The notes under the pieces are model-generated. The model did not search any database and had not been told where the DNA came from. It was given only the letters and a program-made list of their open reading frames with translations. A DNA stretch of 64,000 nt from Bythopirellula sp. (GTDB taxonomy: Bacteria; Planctomycetota; Planctomycetia; Pirellulales; Lacipirellulaceae). The stretch covers positions 4,800,001-4,864,000 of the forward strand of contig OZ244170.1 of the NCBI GenBank assembly GCA_965216565.1, given 5' to 3'. Shown piece by piece: positions 1-9,900 of the stretch (within the stretch, counting starts at the first letter, position 1; every line of letters begins with the position of its first letter). The position numbers and the translations under genes were made by a program.

Positions 1-130
1 AAGCAGAGAGGCCCTTAACTCTATAAATGACAACAACATCTGACGACTATTCCCTCCCCATTAGTCGCTTTATGTCGCTGTCAAAAGGGTCTAAGCCACG
101 CAGGCGAGTCAGGGTGCTAGACGGAGAACC

Positions 131-147
131 TTGGCTCGCCTGTTGCT
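131..147 (+). promoter_or_regulatory. Putative sigma-54 (-24/-12) promoter upstream of the DUF1549-DUF1501 operon
   Basis: TTGGCTCGCCTGTTGCT matches TGGCACG-N4-TTGC with one mismatch and exact GG-N10-GC spacing, about 260 bp upstream of the probable start codon. Confidence 0.5.
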
Positions 148-404
148 TTTGAAGTGTATTAGAATCACGCAGGTGTTCGATTCCGATACAGTCAGTTCTG
201 CCCAGGCGTCAATTTGGCACGCTGGATGGGAGGCTCTAAAAAAAATTCTGGCTCCAAAGCTCGCGGCGTTCTGCTGTGAAAATAGGTTGGATTCCCACCT
301 AAAATCGTGCAACTACTCTCGTGATGAGTGGTTTAATAAAATGTGCGAGCATCGCGATCCCTCAGGTCCTTCACCCTCCATTATTTCTAGGGCATCCTAA
401 AAGC

Positions 405-2228
405 ATGGCTAGACCGGCATTTGAAACTCGCGGTATTCGGCCCTGGTTGGTGATTCCTTTCAATTGGGCCTTGTTCGCTGTTTTTACGTCCGGCTTCCAA
501 TCGTCCATTGCAGCGGAACCACAAACTTCCGGTCAAAGTAACGATCACACATACGAGCAGATCATCGAGCGAATTGATCAGCTCATCGAGCAAGGTTGGC
601 TAGACAACGACCTCAGGCCTTCTAAAGAAGCCAGCGATGCCGAGTGGTGTCGGCGAGTTTATCTTGATGTCATAGGGCGGGTACCAACAGTCAAAGAACT
701 GCGCACCTACGTTTCGCAACGAGGGCTCGATAAACGACGCGCATTGGTCGATCGGTTGCTGGGTAGCCAGTACAGCGAGGAATACGTTCGCCATTGGACT
801 AGCTATTGGACCAATGCATTAATTGGACGGACCGGTGGTCGCGAGCGTCGCTCGATCACCAATCGCCCGTCGATGGAAAGCTATCTCAGTGAATCACTCG
901 CCGAGAACAAGCCTTACGACGTCCTCGTCGAGGAACTGCTGACCGCCACTGGCGGGGCCTACCCCGAAGCAGAGGACTTCAACGGAGCAGTTAACTTCTT
1001 GGTCGAAAAGATGGACGAGAACGGCGTCCAAGCCACGGCCAAGACGGCAGAAATTTTTCTCGGCACCGCAGTGCAGTGTACCCAGTGCCACAATCATCCG
1101 TTTAACGAGTACCGTCAGAATCAGTTTTGGGAACTCAATGCTTTCTTCCGTCAAACGCGCGTAGCACGCGAGCGGGACGATGACGATAACCGCCGACTTG
1201 GCAGCTTGGTGAATGTCAATTTTGCAGGCGAAGGACGAAGTTCCATATCCGACGATCGCCGCGAGATCTTCTTGGAGATGCGAAACGGCAAGCTAGTCGA
1301 TTCCGAGCAGGCCGCTCAACTCGAAGCCCCCCTTTACTACGAACTCCGTAATGGCCAGGTGCGTGTCGCTTATCCCGTGTTTGTCGACGGCACCACTCTC
1401 AAAGAAGTGCTTGAAGAGCGAGATTCCCCCTACGGCAACAGTGGCGTGCTGGATCACGTCGACCGTCGAGCGGAGCTGGCCAGGCTGGTTGTTTCCGATC
1501 GGCAATTCGATCGAGCATTGGTCAACCGCTTGTGGGCCTACTTTTTTGGGCATGGGTTTACCAAACCCTTCGACGACATGGGTCCTCACAACCCCGAGTC
1601 GCATCCCGAGTTGATCGAGGAATTGGGTTTAGCGTTTCGCAATTCAGCCTTCGACCTGAAATCCGCTATTCGCTGGATCGTACTGAGCCGCCCTTATGCT
1701 TTGACGAGCCGCTATTCCCGTGGCAACCAAGCCGACGAACCTACCGAGGGCGTTACGCCACAGTTCAGTCGCTTTTATGTACGACAGATGCAGCCCGAGC
1801 AGCTTTATGAATCGTTACTGGTGGCAACAGCTGCGGAAGCCACGGTCGATGCGGAGCGTCGCGAGGGGATGAAGGATCGCTGGTTGCGGCAGTTCTCGAC
1901 TGCATTCGGAACAGACGACAATTCTGAGTCGTCCAGTTTCAATGGCTCGATTACCCAAGTCCTAACGATGATGAATGGCGACTTGATCGAACGGGCCTGC
2001 AGCACCGGAAACGGAAGTTTTTTAGATCGCGTTGCCAATGACAGTAGCCTTTCGAATCGAGAGAAGATTCAACACTTGTACCAGGCCGGACTGTCTCGGT
2101 TGCCTTCCAAAGAAGAGACAAATCTTTGCAATCAGCTCTTGGTCTCACGTCGTGGCGACGTGGTAGGCAGTTTGCAAGACATTTGGTGGGCGGTGCTTAA
2201 TAGTAACGAGTTTATTTTGATCCATTGA
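405..2228 (+). CDS. DUF1549/DUF1553 (PSD1-type) planctomycete exported protein with a CxxCH motif
   Basis: RRVYLDVIGRVP, QCTQCHNHP, VNRLWAYFFGHG and C-terminal DIWWAVLNSNEF motifs; hydrophobic signal-like N-terminus. ATG 405 preferred over the ORF-track start at 321. Confidence 0.9.
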   Translation: MARPAFETRGIRPWLVIPFNWALFAVFTSGFQSSIAAEPQTSGQSNDHTYEQIIERIDQLIEQGWLDNDLRPSKEASDAEWCRRVYLDVIGRVPTVKELRTYVSQRGLDKRRALVDRLLGSQYSEEYVRHWTSYWTNALIGRTGGRERRSITNRPSMESYLSESLAENKPYDVLVEELLTATGGAYPEAEDFNGAVNFLVEKMDENGVQATAKTAEIFLGTAVQCTQCHNHPFNEYRQNQFWELNAFFRQTRVARERDDDDNRRLGSLVNVNFAGEGRSSISDDRREIFLEMRNGKLVDSEQAAQLEAPLYYELRNGQVRVAYPVFVDGTTLKEVLEERDSPYGNSGVLDHVDRRAELARLVVSDRQFDRALVNRLWAYFFGHGFTKPFDDMGPHNPESHPELIEELGLAFRNSAFDLKSAIRWIVLSRPYALTSRYSRGNQADEPTEGVTPQFSRFYVRQMQPEQLYESLLVATAAEATVDAERREGMKDRWLRQFSTAFGTDDNSESSSFNGSITQVLTMMNGDLIERACSTGNGSFLDRVANDSSLSNREKIQHLYQAGLSRLPSKEETNLCNQLLVSRRGDVVGSLQDIWWAVLNSNEFILIH

Positions 2229-2300
2229 GTGGGTGTTCTTTGTCAGTTGTTAGTTGATCGTTGTCAGCCGTGCTGCTACGCAGCACAAGGATCCCGAGCC

Positions 2301-3566
2301 ATGAATAGTCTTATCACCCCCCGCGGCATGAACCGCCGACACTTCATTTCGCACCTGGCAGGATCAGCAGCCTTGGCATTGCCGGCGTTTAGCTTGACGC
2401 GTGCCCTCACGGCCAACGCTGCGACTCTCAAGGGCAATCATAAGTCGTGCATCTTGCTGTGGATGGGTGGCGGTCCGCCTTCGATCGACATGTGGGATAT
2501 GAAACCGGGTGCAGCGACGGGCGGGCCGTTCAAGGCCATTGGCACCACCGGCGAGGGGCAGATCAACGAGCAACTCCCCAAGGTTGCCGAGCAGATGAAG
2601 CACCTATCCATCGTCCGATCAATGAGCACCCGCGAGGCAGATCACGAGCGCGGTCGCTATTACATGCACACGGGCTATGTGCCCAATCCCAATGTGGAAC
2701 ACCCCAGCTATGGCTCGGTGGTGTCTCACGAACTGGAACATCAACTCGGCAATTTAGAGATTCCCCCCTTCGTGTCGATTGGCGGACCGAGCGAAGGGCC
2801 CGGCTTTCTCGGAATGGCTTACGCGCCATTCCAAGTTGATTCGAACGGTCGCGTTCGAGATGCCAAGGCGACCGTCTCCCAGGGCCGGATGAAGGATCGT
2901 ATGAAGGTGCTCGAAGTACTCGAAAAGCGTTTCATCCGGGAAGATCGAGGACCCGCGGCTGCGGAGCATGCAAAAGTGCTCGACAACACGCTTGCCATGA
3001 TGACGAGCCAACAAATGGCGGCCTTCAATGTGCAGCAGGAGGACCAAGGGGCGAAAGAACGATATGGCGAGAATAACTTTGGTCGTAGCTGCTTGATGGC
3101 TCGGCGACTCGTGGAAACCGGAGTTCCCTTCGTCGAAGTCAATTTCGGGGGATGGGATCTGCACCAGAATTGTTTCGATCAGCTCGGCACCAAGCTGCCA
3201 CAGCTAGACACGGCGATGAGCGCATTGGTCGATGATTTGAATCAACGGGGTCTCTTGGACGATACCATCGTGCTGTGGATGGGTGAGTTTGGCCGAACTC
3301 CCCGAATCAATGCCAATGCCGGGCGCGATCATTGGGCGCGAAGCTGGAGTGTGGTGGTTGGTGGAGGCGGCATCGCCGGTGGTCGGGTTGTGGGAGCAAC
3401 CAACGAAGACGGCACCCGAGTAACAACCGAGCCCTACAGCTCGGAGGACCTTATGGCCACGGTTTGCCAGGCAATGGGCATCTCGCTGCAGACGAACTTT
3501 ACCGCTTCCAATGGCCGTCCCATGAAAATTGCCGGCGGTGGTAAGGTGATTGCTGATTTGCTGTGA
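2301..3566 (+). CDS. DUF1501 family protein, Tat-exported
   Basis: NRRHFI twin-arginine signal; LWMGGGPPSIDMWD, GWDLH, GEFGRTP and GRDHW motifs. ATG 2301 follows an AAGG. Confidence 0.92.
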   Translation: MNSLITPRGMNRRHFISHLAGSAALALPAFSLTRALTANAATLKGNHKSCILLWMGGGPPSIDMWDMKPGAATGGPFKAIGTTGEGQINEQLPKVAEQMKHLSIVRSMSTREADHERGRYYMHTGYVPNPNVEHPSYGSVVSHELEHQLGNLEIPPFVSIGGPSEGPGFLGMAYAPFQVDSNGRVRDAKATVSQGRMKDRMKVLEVLEKRFIREDRGPAAAEHAKVLDNTLAMMTSQQMAAFNVQQEDQGAKERYGENNFGRSCLMARRLVETGVPFVEVNFGGWDLHQNCFDQLGTKLPQLDTAMSALVDDLNQRGLLDDTIVLWMGEFGRTPRINANAGRDHWARSWSVVVGGGGIAGGRVVGATNEDGTRVTTEPYSSEDLMATVCQAMGISLQTNFTASNGRPMKIAGGGKVIADLL

Positions 3567-3767
3567 TAAGCGGATTGGCTCCTATTTCAAAGTGGTTCAC
3601 ATTTACTTCGAAGTAATAGGGGCAGGCACGAGTAAACAGCGGGAGCTGAGGTTCCGTCCGTTGCCGCGCGTCGAGCCAGTGGCTACTTCTTCGACTCGTG
3701 AGATAGCGCAGTGGCCTATCTTCGTCTGATCCCTGGGTATTGAATCTCTCGTTTCCCTCATCCCGAC

Positions 3768-4424
3768 TCAATAAGAGAACATCTCTTCCATCGCCTGCGC
3801 GATGAGTTGTGGGTTTCCGAGCATGTGCGAGAGTGTGATGCTCATCAAGATGATGGCAATCAGAACAATACCGAGCGCGCGGGGATTGGAATGGACACGG
3901 AGTGGCATCAATCCGCGATTGAGTTCGCCGGCCAATTGTCTCCAGCCAGCCAAGTTCTGCTGACTCCCACTGGCTACCAGCGAGACGTTGCGCATGATTT
4001 CGAAAGTTTCGACATGGAGTTGCACCCCCAGCGTGGGGAGCGAAAGATTGTCTCCCGCCCAGCGAGCCTGAGGATCCATGGAACGGGCCGTTTCGGACAG
4101 GATGGGTCGCAACTCTTCGCCGCTGATATTGTAGATCACTAGTCGTGGGCGGCCCAACATGATCGTCAACCACAAGCTTAGCCAGTAGAGCACCAGCAGC
4201 ATGAGCAGCACATAGTTGCCAAATTCAGTAGTGGCCCGTTCGGGACGGAACAATTCGATTGGTCCGACGAGCACAAGGCCCGTGAGGGCCACGCCCAAGG
4301 CGGCTAGGTCGGCACCTCCGGTTGTGAGAAATGGTCGACGACGTGCATTGAGAATTCCCAACACCAGGCAGTAAGCCACCAGAGGTACTAAAGCAATTGC
4401 TAGGCGTAGGGGGTCGGGCACCAT
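3768..4424 (-). CDS. Hypothetical integral membrane protein (about 4 TM)
   Basis: 218-aa ORF with several hydrophobic helices, co-oriented with the two upstream genes. Confidence 0.8.
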   Translation of the reverse strand: MVPDPLRLAIALVPLVAYCLVLGILNARRRPFLTTGGADLAALGVALTGLVLVGPIELFRPERATTEFGNYVLLMLLVLYWLSLWLTIMLGRPRLVIYNISGEELRPILSETARSMDPQARWAGDNLSLPTLGVQLHVETFEIMRNVSLVASGSQQNLAGWRQLAGELNRGLMPLRVHSNPRALGIVLIAIILMSITLSHMLGNPQLIAQAMEEMFSY

Positions 4425-4466
4425 ATGGCTTTGTCTCTCGATCTCTGCTCACGAAAAGGTCGTGAG

Positions 4467-4850
4467 CTAAAAATCTCTTTCCTCGGCAGTGAGTTTTTCG
4501 GCAATTGGCGATTTCTGCAGTTGCATTGCCAACTGTTCGAGCTGCAATTCTTCGTGAAATTGTCGGGAAGCACGCCAGTCGGCAAAGCCGAGCAGCATAA
4601 TCCACGCAGTGGTAAAAACCAAGCAAAGCAAATAGGCAGTGATCGCGATTGGCGTGCGAGGCACTGCGTCGAACATCATCAGTGCCACACCCACAAATCC
4701 AACGAGCCCGTTGGCCACGAGCCGCCGCCACTTTTTTCGGATCGCGAATTGTCTTTGATACTTCGAGGAGCTAATGCGCAGCGATTGAGACTCGGAAGCA
4801 AACCAAGAGGCAAACAAGATTGCCGAAATCGAGACCAAAACGATGCCCAT
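4467..4850 (-). CDS. Hypothetical membrane protein (about 3 TM)
   Basis: 127-aa hydrophobic ORF starting 2 bp after the stop of the M28 gene. Confidence 0.75.
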   Translation of the reverse strand: MGIVLVSISAILFASWFASESQSLRISSSKYQRQFAIRKKWRRLVANGLVGFVGVALMMFDAVPRTPIAITAYLLCLVFTTAWIMLLGFADWRASRQFHEELQLEQLAMQLQKSPIAEKLTAEERDF

Positions 4851-4852
4851 GA

Positions 4853-5851
4853 CTATTGCTTACTCCGCAACCATTCTTGAATCACCCAACCCACCTTGCC
4901 GAGTGATTCTGCAGAGCAGCGGTTTACGGTGTCCCCAGTTGTATGCCAAAGCGAATTGGTGTGGTCCGGATAATGAAAATCGATGATATCACAAGTAGGG
5001 ATCCCGGCAATATTCCGCAGAGCCAGGTGATCGTCCCTAATGGGGCTGCTGTATCGGTCGCGAGCAATGAACTCCTCCACTCCCAAGCGTGCTGCCGTCC
5101 CCCAGATTTCTTTGACCAAGGGTCGGGTATCAGTCCAACCGATACTGTACTTTTCTAAATAGATGCTCAAATTGCGGTCACCGACCATGTCGAGCAATAC
5201 TCCAGCCTGGTATTGGTAGGGGGGCCGATTGTTGATGTAGTCGTGTGCGAAGTATTCGCTGCCGATGAAATACTTGCCGGTTCGCCCAAAGACGAATTCC
5301 TCAGCATCGAAGAATACGAAGTCCAGCCCGAAGTCGTCCGGAAGGCCTTCCACGTGGTGGGCCAGTTCCATTAGCACAGCCACGCCACTACCGCCATCGT
5401 TGGCACCGATGAAGGTGCCACGACGGAGACGAGGGTTACGTTCCTGATCGGGGTACGGTCGCGTATCGTAATGCGCACATAACAGCAGTCGCTGCTTGGC
5501 TTCGGGGCGGCACTGCACAATCAGATTGGCCACCTCAACTAATTCTCCCTTCAGAGGATGTCGCAGTGGCGGTACCGTTTGCAGATCGGCTTTCAGCTTG
5601 AGTTTTTTGAAATGCTCAAGGAGCAGTTGTTGCTGGTCGAGCATTCCTTGGGAACCGGTCATGCGGGGGCCGATCGCGCAGATTTGCTTTAGATAGTCGT
5701 AGCTGCGCTTGCCATCGAAGCGCTCAGCCTCGGGTAGCGGCTCAAGTTTCTTGGCTGCTAGGAGCGGGCTGCCGTAACCGAGTGCGAATGCTATCACTGC
5801 CAGCGTGGACAGATTTCGAGTTAGTTGGCGACAGAAGATTTTCATAAGCAA
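4853..5851 (-). CDS. M28 family zinc enzyme, glutaminyl-cyclase-like, with signal peptide
   Basis: AHYDTR, GANDGGSG, FFDAEE, LLDMVG, DDH and WHT motifs. Confidence 0.85.
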   Translation of the reverse strand: MLMKIFCRQLTRNLSTLAVIAFALGYGSPLLAAKKLEPLPEAERFDGKRSYDYLKQICAIGPRMTGSQGMLDQQQLLLEHFKKLKLKADLQTVPPLRHPLKGELVEVANLIVQCRPEAKQRLLLCAHYDTRPYPDQERNPRLRRGTFIGANDGGSGVAVLMELAHHVEGLPDDFGLDFVFFDAEEFVFGRTGKYFIGSEYFAHDYINNRPPYQYQAGVLLDMVGDRNLSIYLEKYSIGWTDTRPLVKEIWGTAARLGVEEFIARDRYSSPIRDDHLALRNIAGIPTCDIIDFHYPDHTNSLWHTTGDTVNRCSAESLGKVGWVIQEWLRSKQ

Positions 5852-6079
5852 TCTATTCTACGAAAATCATCGCCCCCGGGCGAGTACAGCCCGGAAATGG
5901 GCCTCTCTGCTGATTGCGTGTTATATCATGCTAGCGCGGTCGGGCTTGCTATCGCAGTCGGGTTCGGCACTTGCAGTTCAGGCCAAAGATATCTTGTGGA
6001 CATGACTGATACGACCTAGAATTCGCCGCCCCACCGTTGCCCCCGTATCACAAGACCCCAAATATCCAAGGATGGACCC

Positions 6080-6706
6080 ATGTCTTCTGATAGCTCGCTG
6101 CTACCAGTCAGTTTTGTTGCCGACATCAATCAACTGCACCACGACACCGTGGCCCGTTGGCACATGCAAGAACCAGACAATACGTACGAAGGCATCTTCG
6201 CCAAGATTTGTCAGCAGCACCAATTCAATTATCTTCTCTGGCACGAAGAGGATATCGCCCGGAGCCCCGATGTTGGCGATACGCGTATCGCCGAAGTGAA
6301 ACGTGCCATTGATGGCTACAACCAACAGCGCAACGATTGGATTGAGCAAGTCGACGAAGGGTTAATCGAGATGCTCGGTTCCCTGGGAGTCAAACCGGCT
6401 GACAATGCCCGGGTGAATACCGAAACTCCCGGTAGTGCCATCGATCGACTTTCGATTATGTCGCTCCGCGTTTATCACTTGACAGAACACTTGGATCGCG
6501 TCGACGTTGACCAAGAACATCTCGAAAAAGTGCGGCAGAAACTGGCTCGTTGCCGAGAGCAACAACGTGATTTGTCTCAATCTCTAGTAGAGTTGCTCGA
6601 CGATTTGCTCTCGGGACGCAATGTTCTGAAAGTTTATCGTCAGATGAAAATGTACAACGATCCTACGATGAATCCCTATCTCTACAAGACACCACAGGCT
6701 GCTTAG
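6080..6706 (+). CDS. DUF4254 family protein
   Basis: LWHEEDIAR, KRAIDGYNQQRND, NTETPGSAIDRLSI and YRQMKMYNDP motifs. Confidence 0.85.
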   Translation: MSSDSSLLPVSFVADINQLHHDTVARWHMQEPDNTYEGIFAKICQQHQFNYLLWHEEDIARSPDVGDTRIAEVKRAIDGYNQQRNDWIEQVDEGLIEMLGSLGVKPADNARVNTETPGSAIDRLSIMSLRVYHLTEHLDRVDVDQEHLEKVRQKLARCREQQRDLSQSLVELLDDLLSGRNVLKVYRQMKMYNDPTMNPYLYKTPQAA

Positions 6707-6755
6707 CCTTGAGCGTGGTTGAGCCGTGTTGTAGCGATTGATGTGAGCTTAGTGT

Positions 6756-6811
6756 TAGCCGGAGGCACACTTGCCTCCTTCGTCCCGCCGGACCGCGTGG
6801 CGGTCCGGCTA
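6756..6811. repeat. REP-like palindromic element (TAGCCGGA...TCCGGCTA family), two hairpins
   Basis: GGAGGCA/TGCCTCC stem and GCCGGACCGC/GCGGTCCGGC stem between convergent genes; the left part nearly matches 28550-28572. Confidence 0.65.
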
Positions 6812-6857
6812 TTGGCGATTTCCACTGAATAGCACTTAGCGATTCGCTCCATTTGCA

Positions 6858-7904
6858 CTACGCGGAGCGGGCTTGCCTAGGCGTACTGAGCAGATCGTTG
6901 CAGGCGTCCACCACATGATCGATCGTGATGGCACGCATCGCCGAGTCGTCGTCCATGCGTCGCTTGCCGGGCGAATTGTCGTAGCGAACTTGGATGCTGC
7001 GATTCGTGGGGCCGTACGCACTTGTCTGAGCGGCCAGCGAAGTGCCATGCAGACTAACGCTCGGAGTTCCCACAGCCACTGATAAGTGTAAGGGCCCCGT
7101 GTCGGAGCCCACGAATAGCCGGGCTCGTTTGGACAACGCAGCCAGTTGGGTCATCGTGGTCGCGGGAGCTATCCGCACACAATTGCCGCCCTCGGCAGCT
7201 ATTAGTTCGGCGAGGGGCTGTTCTTCCGGTCCACCCCAGACGGCCAATGTTTGCAGACCTTTGGCGTCCGCCACCTGACGTGCCAGTTGGCCATAGCGCT
7301 CGGCTGGCCAGCGCTTGGAAGCCCAGCCAGCACCTGGATTGACGATCATAAAATCGCCCGTTGTCAGACCTAGCTCGTTGATTGTTTGCTTTGCAAATGC
7401 GGCGTCGGCGTCCGTTTCTGGGAGGTTCCAACTGGCGACTGGATTTTCAATTCCCAAGGGACGGAGGATTTTCAGATAGCGATCGATCACATGCTCGGCC
7501 GTCCCGTCGACTAATTCATTGTGTAACCAACGGCTAATCTCGCGGCCCAGCGCGCCTGCATAGCCGATTCTTCGTCGCGCACCGCTGAGCCAAGCCGCAA
7601 CGGCACTTTTCGAGAGGCATTGCAGATCGAGAGTAGTATCAAATTTCAAAGCGCGCAGCTCGTGGCGTAGCTCTCGCACCGCTTGAGGAGACTTCCACCA
7701 ATGGCGAGGAACCCGTACCAGGTGATCCAAATCGGGATGCCCGGTGAGTAGATCGGCATTGCGACCCTCGGCAACCCATCCCAACGTCGCCTGGGGCAAC
7801 GCCTGGCGCAGCGCGCATAGCACGGGGATGCCATGGATAAGATCGCCCATTGCCGAGAGCCTGACAATTAAGATGCGGGGAGAATCGAGTTCAGCGGGTG
7901 CCAT
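6858..7904 (-). CDS. GT9 glycosyltransferase, LPS heptosyltransferase (WaaC/WaaF-like)
   Basis: ILIVRLSAMGDLIH, NPGAGWASKRWP and VGSDTGPLHL motifs. Confidence 0.9.
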   Translation of the reverse strand: MAPAELDSPRILIVRLSAMGDLIHGIPVLCALRQALPQATLGWVAEGRNADLLTGHPDLDHLVRVPRHWWKSPQAVRELRHELRALKFDTTLDLQCLSKSAVAAWLSGARRRIGYAGALGREISRWLHNELVDGTAEHVIDRYLKILRPLGIENPVASWNLPETDADAAFAKQTINELGLTTGDFMIVNPGAGWASKRWPAERYGQLARQVADAKGLQTLAVWGGPEEQPLAELIAAEGGNCVRIAPATTMTQLAALSKRARLFVGSDTGPLHLSVAVGTPSVSLHGTSLAAQTSAYGPTNRSIQVRYDNSPGKRRMDDDSAMRAITIDHVVDACNDLLSTPRQARSA

Positions 7905-8112
7905 CGCACATCCTTGAAAGCAATCTTGTCTTACGGGGGTGTGGTGAAGCCGATAAGCTATCAGCGAAGCAAAAACCGAGCAATGTCACAACTACCGGTA
8001 GTGCCTGGACGCTTTCTGTAGAGTGCCTATCAAATTGTCGTTGTGCGGATCTTCGACAATGGCGATGATAGCACTGTCGTCCATCGAACTTTTTTAATCT
8101 GGGTCTAGAGAA

Positions 8113-9261
8113 ATGTCGTTTCGCATTGCCATCTTTATGGGCACGCGACCCGAGGCTATCAAAATGGCCCCCGTCGTTGCTGCTTTTCGACAGGCTGAGG
8201 GCTTCGAGCCAGTTGTGATCAATTCCGGGCAGCATCGCGAGATGATCCAGCAGGTGATCGATCTGTTTGGGATTTCGGTCGACGCGGAGCTGGATGCAAT
8301 GCAGCCCAATCAGACATTGGCGGGGCTCACCTCCCGATTGATCGAACGGATCGACAAGGTGCTAGAGGATACTAGTCCCGACCTGGTGTTAACGCAGGGC
8401 GATACGACGACCGTCTTATGTGCAACGCTGGCAAGTTTTTATCGCAAGATTCCAATCGGCCATGTTGAGGCAGGATTGCGAACGGGAAACATGCAGTCGC
8501 CATTTCCAGAGGAAGCCAATCGGCGACTTGTCAGCCCGCTCGTCTCCTTGCATTTTGCCCCGACAGAGACGGCTCGAGAGGCATTGCTTAAGGAGTGCTA
8601 CCAGGATGAACAGATCACGGTCACCGGCAACACCGTAATTGATGCCCTATTGATAGAAATCGAACGACAATCGGCCGAAGACGTCAAAGCGGCACTGCAC
8701 AAAGAACTGGTCGAAGCGATTGGTTCCGATTGGCTCGAGCGAGATTCGATTTTAGTTACTGGACATCGTCGCGAAAACTTTGGTCAAGGATTCGAGCAAA
8801 TCTGTGAGGCGCTCGACGAGCTAGCCAATCGTTTTGCGGAGATGCTGATTATTTATCCTGTACATCTGAATCCCAAGGTGCAGCAGGTTGTGCAAGAGCG
8901 GCTCGGCGATCGAGAGAACATCCGTTTGATCATGCCACAACCTTACTCGCAATTTGTGGCATTAGCGCGGCGCTGCCGATTGATTCTTACCGACTCGGGA
9001 GGCGTCCAAGAAGAAGCCCCCACATTGGGCAAGCCTGTGCTCGTGATGCGCGACACAACCGAGCGACCCGAAGGCGTGGAGGCAGGGACCGTGAAACTCG
9101 TGGGTGCCAACAAGGATTCTATTGTCGACGAGGCGACGACTCTGCTTACGGACCCTGGGGAGTATGGGCAGATGGCGAGCGTGGCTAACCCTTATGGGGA
9201 TGGGCAGGCCGCGGAGCGAATTGTCGAGGCGGTTCGGTCTTTCCTGAATAACCGGGAATAA
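8113..9261 (+). CDS. wecB: UDP-N-acetylglucosamine 2-epimerase (non-hydrolysing)
   Basis: GTRPEAIKMAP, GQHRE, QGDTTT, HVEAGLRT, PFPEE, HRREN, TDSGGVQEEAP and NPYGDG motifs. Confidence 0.96.
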   Translation: MSFRIAIFMGTRPEAIKMAPVVAAFRQAEGFEPVVINSGQHREMIQQVIDLFGISVDAELDAMQPNQTLAGLTSRLIERIDKVLEDTSPDLVLTQGDTTTVLCATLASFYRKIPIGHVEAGLRTGNMQSPFPEEANRRLVSPLVSLHFAPTETAREALLKECYQDEQITVTGNTVIDALLIEIERQSAEDVKAALHKELVEAIGSDWLERDSILVTGHRRENFGQGFEQICEALDELANRFAEMLIIYPVHLNPKVQQVVQERLGDRENIRLIMPQPYSQFVALARRCRLILTDSGGVQEEAPTLGKPVLVMRDTTERPEGVEAGTVKLVGANKDSIVDEATTLLTDPGEYGQMASVANPYGDGQAAERIVEAVRSFLNNRE

Positions 9262-9900
9262 CAGTCAAAACATGGCTTTTGTCTGCTATCAGCCAATGAG
9301 TGCCGTTTGCAACGGGGGGTGAGGGGCTGTGGAACATTTGCAACATAGCCGGGCAGTCGATCGGTTTTTTTGTTTGACAGTCACCCGAAGATTCGTAAGT
9401 ATTACGTCTGTGGGGCACCGGTAATTGATCGCGTTTTTCGACGCAATTGGCTGCCATTTCTAGGGATAGGAACAAACCTGCGACAAGTCTGCGTGCAGGA
9501 AGCCGTCGCTACGATTCGCGATTACGAATCATTCGGTCCGAAATTTGCATTCTTGGACGGGAGATTCGAGTCGATACGGCTCAAAGCGAAAATGTTGCGT
9601 TGATGCGGTTTATAACGGCAATGATGCTTGGGATAGCTCGACTATTGATCGGGTTATTCCGGATTCGTCAAAAACCATTCTCGTGGAACAGTGGTTGCGG
9701 GACCTTACTTTAGGCAGGCCCCAAGCGGAGAATGGAAGGATGGCTTGTCGTCCCGATGCAGTGAACGTTTCGGGAAGAATGTAAAGAATTTGATTGTGAA
9801 AGATAGCAAGCAGTTTCTTCACGAATTTTTGTTGGATTGATCCCAACACGGAACAGGTCTGGGCAAAGTTGCGTAGGCAGTTTGAGGAGCCTCCACTCGT

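Noticed and set aside
3499..4173. 224-aa alternative-frame ORF
   Set aside because: Overlaps the better-supported membrane-protein gene 3768-4424 and the DUF1501 3' end; composition looks like an off-frame translation
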